DNA from: Sedimentisphaerales bacterium
GTDB lineage: Bacteria; Planctomycetota; Phycisphaerae; Sedimentisphaerales; Anaerobacaceae
DNA: 64,000 nt
Reading direction: 5' to 3'
NCBI GenBank assembly: GCA_963708075.1
Contig: OY970194.1
Span: 5,664,001 to 5,728,000, forward strand
Both the position numbers and the translations under genes were made by a program. Under the pieces are notes generated by a model, which saw only the letters and a list, made by a program, of their open reading frames with translations, made no database searches and was not told the DNA's origin. This document shows positions 28,458 through 38,715 of the stretch, one piece after another (the stretch's first letter is position 1; each line of letters opens with the position of its first letter).

Positions 28458-28967
28458 ATGGACATCAGGGACAAGAACATCGTGTTGATCGGTATGCCGG
28501 GCGTGGGCAAGAGCACCGTGGGTGTGCTGCTGGCCAAGGCCCTCGGCCGGTACTTTCTCGATACCGACGTCTTCATCCAGGCAATTCAGGGCCGGTTCCT
28601 GCAGGAGATCATCGACAGCGATGGCCTGGCCGCCTTTTGCAGGATCGAAGAGGATTATGTCCTTTGCACCGACCTGACGAACGCCGTCATCGCCACCGGC
28701 GGCAGCGTCGTCTATAGTGAGAAGGCGATGCAGCACCTGTCCGCCCACGGCGTCATCGTCCATCTCGACCTGCCCGTAGACAAAATCGAGCAGCGCATCC
28801 GCAACCTCCCCACCCGTGGCGTGGTCATGGAGAAGGGCCAGACCATCCGCTCCCTCTACGACCAGCGCCAGCCCCTCTACCGCCACTACGCCCAAGTCAC
28901 CATCGACTGCACCGGCAGGAATCACGAGCAGATCGTCTCGGAGATCATCGGAAAGCTCGCTGATTAG
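28458..28967 (+). CDS. aroK: Shikimate kinase
   Basis: NIVLIGMPGVGKST, FLDTD, VIATGGS, RQPLY. Confidence 0.9.
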   Translation: MDIRDKNIVLIGMPGVGKSTVGVLLAKALGRYFLDTDVFIQAIQGRFLQEIIDSDGLAAFCRIEEDYVLCTDLTNAVIATGGSVVYSEKAMQHLSAHGVIVHLDLPVDKIEQRIRNLPTRGVVMEKGQTIRSLYDQRQPLYRHYAQVTIDCTGRNHEQIVSEIIGKLAD

Positions 28968-29002
28968 AATCCCCGCCTTCTTCTGACGGCACCGGATTTT
29001 TC

Positions 29003-29030
29003 GCGCCTACTTTTTCCGCTGAAGCCCGAC
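29003..29030 (+). promoter_or_regulatory. Putative ECF promoter GCGCC-N20-GAC
   Basis: Same motif and spacing upstream of paralogous sigmas at 42062 and 43848. Confidence 0.55.
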
Positions 29031-29052
29031 AATAGAGTGACGACAGGACAAT

Positions 29053-29608
29053 ATGGCCTCAGTCAGGAGAACAGACAATCGAATCGGAACTGAGACTGGT
29101 ACAGGCCGCTCAGGTGGGCGATCTCGACAGCTTCGGTAAGCTGTGTGAGCGGTATTATGCCCCGCTGGTCGCGATCGCGTACGGCGTGCTCAGGGACCAT
29201 CAACTGGCGGAGGACGCCGCCCAGGAAGCGTTTGCCAGGGCCCTCGTCAGCCTGGGCAGATTGAAAGAGCCTGGCAAATTCGCTCCCTGGCTGGCGCAAA
29301 TCTGCCGAAACGCTGCCGCCGACATAGCACGGGCACGAAAGCCACAGGGCAATCCGGAAGACTTTGCGCAGGCGCCGTGCCGCGGCACAGATGAATTCGC
29401 GAGTCAAGTCGTCAGGCAGGCCATTGACCGGCTGCCGGCGTCCCTGAGGGAGGTCGTCGTCCTGCGCTATCACAATAATTGTTCGTACGAGCAAATTTCC
29501 GCCGTGCTGGGCCTGTCGAAGATGGCCATCAACGGTCGGCTCACACGGGCCAAACGAAAACTTGCCAGGTACTTGCGCCGACAAGGCGTGCTGGAGGATA
29601 TGCCATGA
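29053..29608 (+). CDS. ECF sigma factor; start uncertain (ATG 29053 with probable +1 indel near 29080, or GTG 29114)
   Basis: GDLDSFGKLCERYY, LAEDAAQEAF, FAPWLAQICRN, INGRLTRAKRKL; sigma-like ELRLVQAAQ continues upstream of 29114 with no in-frame ATG. Confidence 0.85.
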
Positions 29609-30945
29609 ATACCGAGAAGCATGATGACAAGATCGATCAACTCATTCGCACCGCCATCGGCGGGGACTCTGCGCCCTTCGATTTCCAGCGGTGGAAGCAG
29701 GAGCACCAGTGTGAGGTCACTACGTTCCACTCTGAGGTACAGCACCTGGAACCACAGACGACTGTCTTGCCGGAAAGGAGGCGAACGATGATACGTACGC
29801 TCAAACTCGCGGCCGCCGCAGCGATCTTCGTCGGCGTGTGCCTGGGATTGCCCCGTCTCGGCCATAAGCAGGAGAGCAACACGGCGTTCGCGCAAATTCT
29901 TGAGCAGATTGAGCAAGCCAAGGCCATGACCTGGCGGCTCACCTTTTATAACCACGTCACCAGCAAGGACGGTCAGCGAATATGGGTGGAGACGGAGACG
30001 CGGGAGATGGCGTACAAGGCCCCCGGTCTGTATCGAGAGGTCCTGCATCCGACCGGTCACGGGCAGATCGAACACACGTGCATCACGGATGCCGCGAATC
30101 TCAAGAGCTTGAGTCTGGTCCCGGCGGACAAGAGGGCCTCCATCCGTGAGTTGGCGGTGACAACCCAGGATCCGCGCGGACCATTTACATCGGCCAGGGA
30201 GCACATGAACAACTCCGACCTTGAATGGGTGGGAAAGAAAACGACCGCCAATGGAGAGGTGAACGTCTTTCGAAGAGCATTCAAGCAGCCCGACGGCCGG
30301 GACTGGAGTTATGATTTCTGGGTCGATGCGAAAACGAAGCGACTCGTCGCCGTCCAAATACCCGGAGCGGATATCTATGATCCCGAAGCGGACCCCGCAC
30401 GCAGGAACCCCATCGAGAAGGAATGGTCCACGATGACGCCCGCGTGCTGCCTGCAGTACGATATCGATTTCGATGCGGAGCTGGATGATTCACTGTTCAG
30501 TCTGGAACCGCCCCCGGGTTACACCATCCGGACCGAGCAGCGTGCCCAGGTGACGGAGAAGGAGATGGTGGATTACCTCGGCATCATGGCCGAGTACAAC
30601 GACAAGACGTTTCCTGATCGGCCCTACTCGATTGACAGCGACCGGCTGAATGAGATCTACGACAAGGCAAAAGAGGACCGAACTGCGGCCGAGCAGAAGC
30701 TCCTGGAAACGGTGGACCACTACAAGATGGCGAGTCTGAACATGATGCCCACCGGTCATTTCATCGAGGATCACACGGTGAAGGGGAGTTTCCGGTACCT
30801 GGGCAAAGGCGTCAAGCTCGGCGACAAGGACCGCATCGTCTGCTGGTACAAGCTCAAGGACGCCGTCACTTACCGCGTCGTCTACGGCGATCTGAGCATC
30901 AAGGACGTGCCCGCGGAAGACCTGCCGTTGCCTGTAGAACCATAG
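29605..30945 (+). CDS. Putative anti-sigma factor: TM helix, LolA-like domain and extra C-terminal domain
   Basis: ATGA overlap; KLAAAAAIFVGVCLG; AFAQILEQI; FWVDAKTKRLV; LDDSLFSLEPPPGY; YRVVYGDLS. Confidence 0.75.
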   Translation: MNTEKHDDKIDQLIRTAIGGDSAPFDFQRWKQEHQCEVTTFHSEVQHLEPQTTVLPERRRTMIRTLKLAAAAAIFVGVCLGLPRLGHKQESNTAFAQILEQIEQAKAMTWRLTFYNHVTSKDGQRIWVETETREMAYKAPGLYREVLHPTGHGQIEHTCITDAANLKSLSLVPADKRASIRELAVTTQDPRGPFTSAREHMNNSDLEWVGKKTTANGEVNVFRRAFKQPDGRDWSYDFWVDAKTKRLVAVQIPGADIYDPEADPARRNPIEKEWSTMTPACCLQYDIDFDAELDDSLFSLEPPPGYTIRTEQRAQVTEKEMVDYLGIMAEYNDKTFPDRPYSIDSDRLNEIYDKAKEDRTAAEQKLLETVDHYKMASLNMMPTGHFIEDHTVKGSFRYLGKGVKLGDKDRIVCWYKLKDAVTYRVVYGDLSIKDVPAEDLPLPVEP

Positions 30946-30978
30946 CTCTCCCGGCACATAAACCACTGCATCTTACAG

Positions 30979-31016
30979 CGCCAGGCTCTGCACGAACGAG
31001 CCTGGCGTCTTCTTTT
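30979..31016 (+). terminator. Intrinsic terminator
   Basis: CGCCAGGCTC...GAGCCTGGCG followed by TCTTCTTTT. Confidence 0.7.
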
Positions 31017-31087
31017 CACGGAAGCTGTTCCATGCTATAAGGTGGCAAGTGTCACGATACGAGCAGTGATTCGATACGGAGCAGCCG

Positions 31088-32251
31088 ATGGGAGAAACAC
31101 GACGCCTGTATTTTCTCGATAATCTGCGGATCGGGCTGACCATCCTGGTGATCGCTCATCATGTGGGCCAGGCGTATGGGCCAACCGGCGGTGCATGGCC
31201 GATCCAGGAGTCAGCGCGGGCGGCGGTGCTCGGGCCATTTTTCACCGTGAACCGGTCCTTCTTCATGAGCCTGTTCTTTCTGATCTCCGGCTACCTCATG
31301 GTGATGTCCTACGACCGCGGCCGACCCGGGACCTTCCTCAGGGGCCGGCTCCTGCGGTTGGGCGTGCCGCTGGTGGTCTTCTTCACCCTGGTCATCCCAC
31401 TTCAGCAATATCTGTGTCACTGCTACGTCGGCGACCTCAAAGGCGTAGGCTTCCGGCAGTACTACACGTGGCACTACTTCGGGGCGGGGGAACCGCCCGC
31501 AGGCTGGCAGGGTCCACCTCGGCCCGAGATGAACTTCGGCCACCTGTGGTACGTCGAACACCTGCTGGTCTTCAGCCTGTGCTACGCCGGGCTGCGCCTG
31601 GTGTGGAGACGCCCGGTGGAGCAGAATTCGGTAACCGCCAGGCCGCTGGGGCATCTGGCCATCGTTCTCTTTGCGTTACTGCTGGCTGTGGCTTCGGCAA
31701 CAGTCCGGATCTGGTATCCCATCGATAAGTGGATTGGGTTCCTCGGCTTCATTCAGGTGGCCTTTGCCGACGTTCCCCGCGATTTGAGCTTCTTCATCCT
31801 GGGTGCTGTTGCTTATCGCCGAGGATGGTTCCTTGGCCTTCCAAACAGACTGGGCACGGTCTGGTTGCTGATCGGCGTGACCCTTGCGATTCTGTGGTAT
31901 GCCTTCTCCCTGGGAGGACTGTGGCCGGTCTTTCACATCACTCGTGAAGCCATGGGATTCATCTACCCCGTCTGGGAGGCGCTGTTGTGCTGCGGAATAT
32001 GCATCGGCTCACTCGTCTTGTTTCGCGAGCGGCTCAATCATCAGGGCTGGCTGGGCAAGACGCTGGCCGAGAACCAGTACGCCGCGTATCTGTTCCATGT
32101 GCCCGTGGTGGTCTTCGTGCAATACCTGGTGGCTGGTTTCACCTTGCTGCCGTTCGCCAAGTTCGCCCTGGTAACGGCGGTAAGCGTGCCGCTGACGTTC
32201 CTGCTCAGCGCCGCTGTCAGAGCCCCCGTACTCGTCAGGAGAATCCTATAG
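31088..32251 (+). CDS. Acyltransferase family 3 (OpgC/MdoC-like membrane protein)
   Basis: [40 protein letters not shown]; many TM segments. Confidence 0.9.
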   Translation: MGETRRLYFLDNLRIGLTILVIAHHVGQAYGPTGGAWPIQESARAAVLGPFFTVNRSFFMSLFFLISGYLMVMSYDRGRPGTFLRGRLLRLGVPLVVFFTLVIPLQQYLCHCYVGDLKGVGFRQYYTWHYFGAGEPPAGWQGPPRPEMNFGHLWYVEHLLVFSLCYAGLRLVWRRPVEQNSVTARPLGHLAIVLFALLLAVASATVRIWYPIDKWIGFLGFIQVAFADVPRDLSFFILGAVAYRRGWFLGLPNRLGTVWLLIGVTLAILWYAFSLGGLWPVFHITREAMGFIYPVWEALLCCGICIGSLVLFRERLNHQGWLGKTLAENQYAAYLFHVPVVVFVQYLVAGFTLLPFAKFALVTAVSVPLTFLLSAAVRAPVLVRRIL

Positions 32252-32440
32252 CTTCCAGGCCTTGGCAAACGCCTTGAAGCTGCGGTCATAGGTCTTTTCG
32301 ACGTCATCCGGGAAGCAACACGCCGGCAACTGCTGGGACGAGAGATGATAGCTCAGGCACTGGCAGCAGATGCCCTTGCGGTCGCAGCCGGGATAGGAGC
32401 AATTGCAGTCTTTTGAGTTCTTAGCCTTCTGACATTCCAT
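32246..32440 (-). CDS. Small Cys-rich protein (DUF6485-like)
   Basis: [21 protein letters not shown]...LPACCF...TYDRS; RBS GAGGAG. Confidence 0.8.
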   Translation of the reverse strand: MECQKAKNSKDCNCSYPGCDRKGICCQCLSYHLSSQQLPACCFPDDVEKTYDRSFKAFAKAWKL

Positions 32441-32689
32441 AGGGTACTGATCTCCTCTTGGATCTCATTTTCTTCAGTGAATTGCTCATTGCGGTCGTCA
32501 GTGTACCGAGAGCCCCCGGCAATTGCAAACGATGACGAGAGCATGCGAAAACCGCAGGCGTTGGTGAACGTACCTTGTGGTGGAGCTATGTGCGGCCGGG
32601 CGCGACGGGAGATGAGCAAATCCCCGATGCGGGCACAGAAAGCCGGCATACCCGGCCGGCACGGAACCATCAGATTGAGGAGATGAGCG

Positions 32690-33061
32690 ATGCAAGCGAA
32701 ACTCAGCACCATGTTCGTGGCCGGCCTTTTCATGGCCGTCTGTACCACCGTAATGCTCTTGCCTGCGGGCTGCCAGCCGTCCAATCAGGTCGCCTCAAAG
32801 CCGGCGGAGCCCGCTGTTTGCCCCGTTTGCGGGCGGGAGACGCGGACTCAGCCGCTCACCGGACTGAAGTACACGACTTGCATATGCCCAACGTGCAAGC
32901 AGGTCTCGACCTTGGACCAAGCCACTGCTGATGCCATAGAGCGCGCCTTCGGGTACGAGCCCGGTTTCCTGGCCACCGTCTGCGAGGGGTGCGGGGCAGT
33001 CATGCAGGAATGTGCGGTCTGTCGGGAGGCTGCGCAGGATAGGGCGGCACGAGGCTCTTGA
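32690..33061 (+). CDS. Putative lipoprotein with four CxxC motifs
   Basis: RBS GAGGAG; LPAGC lipobox; CPVC, CPTC, CEGC, CAVC. Confidence 0.7.
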   Translation: MQAKLSTMFVAGLFMAVCTTVMLLPAGCQPSNQVASKPAEPAVCPVCGRETRTQPLTGLKYTTCICPTCKQVSTLDQATADAIERAFGYEPGFLATVCEGCGAVMQECAVCREAAQDRAARGS

Positions 33062-33168
33062 CTTCGTCCTCCTGGCACGGTATTGCATGGGCGCGGTCCG
33101 GGCAGGCTGTGTGTTCGATCAGACCCGGCGCCGCTCGAAGGAATCTGAATTGGGAAAGGATGCCGCTC

Positions 33169-33933
33169 ATGCAATACAGGCTCATCGTGCCCATGCTGCT
33201 TCTGGTACTGGCTCTCATGGGTTGTCAATCCGCGCAGGTCGCTCCAAAGGCAGAGAGCATCCGCGTCTCCGACGATGTTACGCTACAGCCCATCGCCCCG
33301 GGTGTATGGGTCCACACGACGTATTTTGACGTTCCTGATTATGGGCGGGTCGGGGCTAACGGGCTCGTGGTCGTCAGCGATAAGGAGGCCGTGCTGATCG
33401 ACCTGCCATGGACCGATGAGCAGACGGCGGCGCTGTTCGACTGGATCGCGGAGAATTCAGGCGCAACCGTCAAGGTCGTCGTCCCGACTCACTTCCATCG
33501 GGACTGCATGGGCGGCCTGGCAGAGGCGCACCGCCGCGGGGCGACCTCCTACGGCCTGGACAAGACCATCGCGTTTGCCCGGGAAGACCATCTGCCGGTC
33601 CCAAAGTGTCCATTCAAATTGCGAACGGCGATCCACTGCGGCAAGGAGATTGTCCTTCTGGCGTACCTCGGCGCCGGCCACACCACCGACAACATCGTGG
33701 CCTGGCTGCCCAGACAGCGGGTGCTGTTCGGCGGCTGTCTCGTCAAGTCTCTGGATGAACAGTCGCTGGGCAATACGAGCGATGGCGACCTGACGGCCTA
33801 CCCGATCACGCTGAGAAAGATGCAGACCGCCTACCGTAGTTCCAAGATTGTCGTTCCGGGCCATGGCGACTGGGGTGGACCCGAGCTGATCGATCACACA
33901 CTGAAGCTTTGCAGCAAGAAGAGCCCTCAGTGA
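33169..33933 (+). CDS. Subclass B1 metallo-beta-lactamase, lipoprotein
   Basis: LALMGC lipobox; ANGLVV, THFHRDCMGG, GAGHTTDN, FGGCLVK, LGN, VPGHG. Confidence 0.88.
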   Translation: MQYRLIVPMLLLVLALMGCQSAQVAPKAESIRVSDDVTLQPIAPGVWVHTTYFDVPDYGRVGANGLVVVSDKEAVLIDLPWTDEQTAALFDWIAENSGATVKVVVPTHFHRDCMGGLAEAHRRGATSYGLDKTIAFAREDHLPVPKCPFKLRTAIHCGKEIVLLAYLGAGHTTDNIVAWLPRQRVLFGGCLVKSLDEQSLGNTSDGDLTAYPITLRKMQTAYRSSKIVVPGHGDWGGPELIDHTLKLCSKKSPQ

Positions 33934-33968
33934 CGCACGAGGTCGCCGGCCGCACTCAGGAGCCACAC

Positions 33969-34376
33969 ATGAAGCCTCCGGACATGGAATACAAGACGAC
34001 GGTCGAAGATGAGCACTGGCGCAATGAGGAATTCCAGTGGGCCCGCATTTTGGCTCAAGGTAATGCCGCCCGGGGCATGGTCCTGCTGTACCTGCAGAAG
34101 GCCTGTACCGCCTTTCACGAATTTGAGCCCGCCTGCAAAGCCGGCGCCCTGCGGGAGGACCGGCTCAGTTTCTTTCGTCAGCGCCTGGCGAACCGGCTCC
34201 GGCAACTCCTGACAACGATGTGTAACAACAGCCTCGATACGCTCCCCGGTGCGGCGGAACTGGCCGAGATCCTCTGCGAGGTCGAATCTGCCAAAAGCAT
34301 GCAGGCCCTTTCCGAGTTGACCGAGCGGCTCCACACGGTCGGCCACATCCTGCTCGACTCACTCGAACGAGCGTGA
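33969..34376 (+). CDS. Hypothetical helical protein
   Basis: RBS AGGAG before ATG 33969; host-like codon usage. Confidence 0.7.
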   Translation: MKPPDMEYKTTVEDEHWRNEEFQWARILAQGNAARGMVLLYLQKACTAFHEFEPACKAGALREDRLSFFRQRLANRLRQLLTTMCNNSLDTLPGAAELAEILCEVESAKSMQALSELTERLHTVGHILLDSLERA

Positions 34377-34477
34377 GTGTTTTGATCTCGTCAAATACCT
34401 GTTGACCTTCTGCTCGAAATCCCGATAATGCCGGCTTTCGCCCGCGATGCGGGATGGCAGATCGGATGAAGAAAGGG

Positions 34478-35167
34478 ATGATTGCACGTCGGATGAGTAG
34501 CACATCGCACAGGCCGCTGACTCTGTTTTTTGATCTGGATGGCACGCTCAGCGATCCCAGCGAGGGGATCACGAGGTCGGTACAGCATGCGCTGGAGTGC
34601 CTCGGCCGGCCCTATCCGCCCAAGTCGGAGCTGACGCGATACATCGGGCCGCCCCTGCGATGGACGTTCCCCAAGCTGCTCGACACCGACGACAAGGAGC
34701 TTGTGGAGACCGCCGTCGATTATTATCGCGAGCGGTATGAGGACGTGGGGCTCTTCGAAAACGAAGTCTATCCGGGAATCCCGGAGCTGCTGTGCCGGCT
34801 GCGGGATGATGGCTATCCGCTGTACGTCGTCACCGCCAAGCCGAAGGTATACGCGGATCGAATCATCCGCCACTTCGGGCTCGACCGCTGTTTCATCGAG
34901 GTCTACGGCCCCGAGCTCGACGGCCGGTTCGACGAGAAGCGTGAGCTTGTCGGGTTCATCCTGCACCAGCGATCCCTCGATCCGAGGCGCACCGTGATGA
35001 TCGGCGACCGGGCCAGCGACATCGAGTCGGGCAGGGCCTACGGCACGTGCGCCATCGGTGTGACCTACGGCTTCGGCACGCTCGAAGAGATCACCGCTGC
35101 CAAGCCCGACCACATCTGCCACAACCCCAATGAGATCTATCCCGCTGTGCAGCGGATTCCTGGCTGA
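34478..35167 (+). CDS. HAD family hydrolase (phosphoglycolate phosphatase/5'-nucleotidase-like); start may be 34493
   Basis: FDLDGTLSDP, IGPPL, VVTAK, MIGDR, GVTYGFG. Confidence 0.9.
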   Translation: MIARRMSSTSHRPLTLFFDLDGTLSDPSEGITRSVQHALECLGRPYPPKSELTRYIGPPLRWTFPKLLDTDDKELVETAVDYYRERYEDVGLFENEVYPGIPELLCRLRDDGYPLYVVTAKPKVYADRIIRHFGLDRCFIEVYGPELDGRFDEKRELVGFILHQRSLDPRRTVMIGDRASDIESGRAYGTCAIGVTYGFGTLEEITAAKPDHICHNPNEIYPAVQRIPG

Positions 35168-35177
35168 CAGGCGGCTC

Positions 35178-36638
35178 TCATCGCCCGGACCGAGACGCTG
35201 CACCGAAACGGATATCCTTTGTGTGCTCGCCGATCTTCACACGGCTGGAATCCTGCACGAGCTTCTCGCCGAGGATCGAGACATTCTCGAAAGTCACGTC
35301 TCGCACGTTGTGCTCGGCATCCGCGCCTTCGATCTGGATGAGGTACTCGCCGGGCTTGCCCTCCAGCGTCACGTTGCGGAACTGCACGTCCTGGATGAAG
35401 CCGGGGACCTTCTTGCGCATGTACTGGTTTACCACGGGGCGCAGGCGAATGAGCTCTCGCTGGCCCTCGCCGTAAATGCGGATGTCTTCAATGGTGACGT
35501 CCTCCAGATGCATATCCTCGCCAGGCTCCAGCAGGAACGCGGTCATGGTGAAGTGGATGATGTCCAGATTCCGCAGCGTCACGCTGCGCATGTACTCAGC
35601 ACGGCTCTCGTGCCCGAGCAGGAAGATGCGCGCCCGGTCGCACCAGAGCGTCGAATTCTCGACTGTGATCGACTCGACGTTGCTGTTCGTCCCGCTGAAA
35701 TCGAGCCCCTTAAGGGCGACACAATCGTCGTCGCTGCGGATGAAACAATCCGTGATCAATACATTCTGGGAATTGCACGGATTGATGCCATCGTCATTCT
35801 GGACGCGGGAGTTGCACAGTTTCACGTTGCGGATCGTCACATTCCGGCTGCCATTCGGCACGATGGTCCAGTGGGATGATCCGCGAAGCGTGATGCCGTT
35901 CACCTCGACATCGCTGCTGTTGCGAATCGCGATCAGGTTGCCGATGGGGCCCTTGCGCCATTCCCAATCGGAGCCGTCAAGAATGCCTCGCCCACAGATG
36001 CGGATATTCGAGCCTTCCGCGAGCACCTCCGCCTTCACGACAGCGCCGCCGGCCAAGTACAGGGTTTGGCCGCTCTTCAGCGTGATCTTCTCCGGCTTGT
36101 GCACGCCGGGACCGAAGTAGACGACATTCGGATCGCCTTCCTTCGGTGCATTCGTCTCCTGGGGATTGGCGAAGAGCAGCAGGGGACCTTTCTTTCCGTC
36201 CGGCTCGACGCTGACTTTGCGCGGCTGGTCCATCGCCAACGTCAGGGTATGCTCGTCCTCTACGGTCATGCGCACTCCGGCTGATTGTGGTCGGATCACC
36301 GTGCTGCGAAGCGATCGCGGCGAAGTGATCCGCACTGTAACCGGCCCCGACATATCGAAACTCGCGAACGAGTACGGACCGCCATAATCATATTCTTTGC
36401 CCGCAAAGGGCGGATCGAGGACCCGAGCCATATACACGTCCACCCTCTGGCCTGCCGCCTCCACCTTGTAGTCGGTTGAGAGGGCTTCCCCGGCAGGGGC
36501 GGGATAGGTGACGACTTTACCCGCGTTCTCCGCGGCCCAGCCATGACTTGACACTACGATTACCCCAACCACGACTCGAAGCGCCGCCAGTCTGGCGGCA
36601 TCAGTTACCTTTGTTATGCTGTTCAAGACCGTCATCAT
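35178..36638 (-). CDS. Secreted glycoside hydrolase family 28-like beta-helix protein
   Basis: YFGPGVH, GRGILDG, NDDGIN, SDDDCVALK. Confidence 0.8.
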   Translation of the reverse strand: MMTVLNSITKVTDAARLAALRVVVGVIVVSSHGWAAENAGKVVTYPAPAGEALSTDYKVEAAGQRVDVYMARVLDPPFAGKEYDYGGPYSFASFDMSGPVTVRITSPRSLRSTVIRPQSAGVRMTVEDEHTLTLAMDQPRKVSVEPDGKKGPLLLFANPQETNAPKEGDPNVVYFGPGVHKPEKITLKSGQTLYLAGGAVVKAEVLAEGSNIRICGRGILDGSDWEWRKGPIGNLIAIRNSSDVEVNGITLRGSSHWTIVPNGSRNVTIRNVKLCNSRVQNDDGINPCNSQNVLITDCFIRSDDDCVALKGLDFSGTNSNVESITVENSTLWCDRARIFLLGHESRAEYMRSVTLRNLDIIHFTMTAFLLEPGEDMHLEDVTIEDIRIYGEGQRELIRLRPVVNQYMRKKVPGFIQDVQFRNVTLEGKPGEYLIQIEGADAEHNVRDVTFENVSILGEKLVQDSSRVKIGEHTKDIRFGAASRSGR

Positions 36639-36827
36639 GGTGCCTCCTGTTCTTATCCGGAACTTCGTGCGTTTCTTCTATCGGACACCATACCACGATT
36701 TCCCGGAATCTCCAGCTTTAATGGGAAATCAGACAATACTTGCGTTGCATGACCGATTTGATACTATGGTGTCGCCCGTGACAGGCACGGCTCAAGAGAT
36801 AGAAAACGCTTTTTCTGGAGGGCAGAA

Positions 36828-37145
36828 ATGGCAATGGTGAGTCACAGAAGATCTTTCATCAGTCTGGTGGTTCTATTGGTGGGCATATCCCTCTGCGGCG
36901 GCTGCACCGACTTGAAATATCATGAGATTTTCGGGGCCGGGCTTCTCGGCGCCGGGGTCGGAGCCATCGTCGGACACCAATCCGACGAGTGCGGCGCGGG
37001 CGCTGCCGTTGGAGCGGCAGTCTTCGCCACCGGCGATCTGCTGTGCCAGATCGACCACCTCAACGAACAGAAAAAAGTGGAAAAGACCGCGGAGGAGGTC
37101 GCCAGGGGAGACTCTCTGCTCGATCACATCCAGTGGGACCAATAG
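36828..37145 (+). CDS. Small glycine-zipper lipoprotein
   Basis: RBS GGAGG; LCGGC lipobox; GAGLLGAGVGAIVG...GAGAAVGAA. Confidence 0.75.
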   Translation: MAMVSHRRSFISLVVLLVGISLCGGCTDLKYHEIFGAGLLGAGVGAIVGHQSDECGAGAAVGAAVFATGDLLCQIDHLNEQKKVEKTAEEVARGDSLLDHIQWDQ

Positions 37146-37175
37146 TGGCAACCGAAGTGCATCAGCTCGTGTACA

Positions 37176-37811
37176 TCAGTGCGGGTGACCAGCAGGTTCG
37201 GCGGACTTTTCGCTCTCCACGTTATGGCCGGCTTGGCCGACGGCGTCGGCGTGAAGTCGCTCGACGTAGTGCGTAAACTCCACGTATGCGCTGATGAACT
37301 CACGTCCTGCGGCGACATTCTCGTCGGCGTGTTTCTTGTTTTCCATTGTTTCGACGAAGCGGCGATGGATGCCATCGCTGACAAGCTTCACAATCTCCTG
37401 CGTCAGCCCTTCCACGGATCCGGTTTCGAGGGCCTTGTCCGATGCAGCAATGACCGGCTCGACCTGTCCGGCGGGTTTCAGGCCTGTGTACGGCGCGCCT
37501 TCGCCCGCGCGATGCAATCGTACCAGCGTCTCAAAGAAGTACCTGTCCGCCAGGTCCTTCGCCTCCGGGCTCAACCCCCTGACCGCCAGGGTCTTCTTGA
37601 ACGCCTCGCGAATTTCCGTCTCATGCTCTGCCTTGACCCACTTGAGGACAGGCGTCACGTCGCCCTTGCCCAGGGCCGCCTGCGCCGTCTTTACCACCGG
37701 CCCATCCATCGTGTCACAGTGCCCATATGCTCGGTCTTCCGGCCCCAGCCATCCCATGCCGGCCAGGAAGACTACAGCAGACACAATTCTCGTTGTTCGC
37801 TTTGCCGTCAT
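37176..37811 (-). CDS. DUF6448-like exported protein
   Basis: RBS AAAGGAG; signal then HCDTMDGPVV; FFETLVRLHRAGEGAPYTGLKP. Confidence 0.8.
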   Translation of the reverse strand: MTAKRTTRIVSAVVFLAGMGWLGPEDRAYGHCDTMDGPVVKTAQAALGKGDVTPVLKWVKAEHETEIREAFKKTLAVRGLSPEAKDLADRYFFETLVRLHRAGEGAPYTGLKPAGQVEPVIAASDKALETGSVEGLTQEIVKLVSDGIHRRFVETMENKKHADENVAAGREFISAYVEFTHYVERLHADAVGQAGHNVESEKSAEPAGHPH

Positions 37812-38231
37812 GCCACAACTCCTTTGACATAGGGACTTGATGTATCCAGGACGCACAGATCGCCCCGTGCAATACAGCATACGATACGATCCATTCCATG
37901 CGGAGTTCCCGGTTCGCAAAATTTCTTCGATGTGCTTCCCCACGAGGGGAAGGACCCGCCCTGAGGATTCTCTCCTTTTCTCTTGACACACCTTCCACGG
38001 GCGCCGATAATTCCACGTACACCAGTGAGCGAAGACATCTTGTGCGATTGTGCGTTTCATTTGTGCTCTTTCAGTCGTTGGAGAATCCGAGCCGGCGAGG
38101 ATCCCACGGGCGTTTTCTCACCTGACACACGTGTGCCACGGTGCACCCGTGGGGCATCGAGCGGCGCGAGGCCGAATCTCCGACTGATACAGATGGACAG
38201 GCCTGCGTACTACTTTTGAAAGGGGAGAACC

Positions 38232-38495
38232 ATGAGTAAGAAGAGAGTCACGTTGCCGCAGACATCCGGGTCGGTATTCCAGGTCGCAGAGCATTTTCCG
38301 CTGGAGCGCATGGGAGATCCGGCGCCCTGGTTCCGGATCGAGGAGTTGATGAGGGACTTGACCCGAGCCCAAATCACGCAGATCAATCAAAAACAGATGG
38401 AGGCGTACTCACAGATCGTGCAGCTTCAAAGCCAGATCATGGACATCAGAGCGAGAGCCATCAGAGAGATCACCGAGATTCAAAGAGGAAGGTAG
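38232..38495 (+). CDS. Small protein with GDPAPW motif and Gln/Ile-rich helical tail; candidate radical SAM substrate
   Basis: RBS GGGGAG; 87 aa; lies directly upstream of, and co-oriented with, the B12 radical SAM gene. Confidence 0.75.
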   Translation: MSKKRVTLPQTSGSVFQVAEHFPLERMGDPAPWFRIEELMRDLTRAQITQINQKQMEAYSQIVQLQSQIMDIRARAIREITEIQRGR

Positions 38496-38715
38496 CCGGG
38501 GGCAGGACGAGTGCGAACACCCAACCGATTCAGACGAACGCAGGCCTGTCCGTCTGCATCGCCCCGGGATGTGCCTCGACAAGAGTCAGCTACTTGTGGG
38601 GAGAAGAACGCCATGTCGGACCGCTCCGTGGTCGTCGGCTACGCGGTGTCTCGGCGATGGCCGCGGCCGCCAAGCCGGGCCGTTGCATGCGAAGCTTCAG
38701 ATCGAAGGAGAGGTT

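Noticed and set aside
29065..29080. Non-canonical ATC start for the ECF sigma (AGGAG 8 nt before ATC 29078)
   Set aside because: A single extra base after ATG 29053 explains it equally well and matches the other +1 indels; cannot be resolved from sequence alone.
32600..32670. Possible c-di-GMP riboswitch (GCAAA...GAAAG)
   Set aside because: Lacks the GNRA-capped P1 stem and the conserved P2 features.
33073..33087. Sigma-54-like TGGCACG...TTGCA upstream of the beta-lactamase
   Set aside because: The GG to GC spacing is 9 nt rather than the required 10; valid only if a base is missing from the assembly.
18066..33933. BlaI/BlaR1 as regulator of the metallo-beta-lactamase
   Set aside because: The genes are about 12 kb apart, BlaR1 lacks a penicillin-binding domain, and I saw no matching operator before the lactamase.
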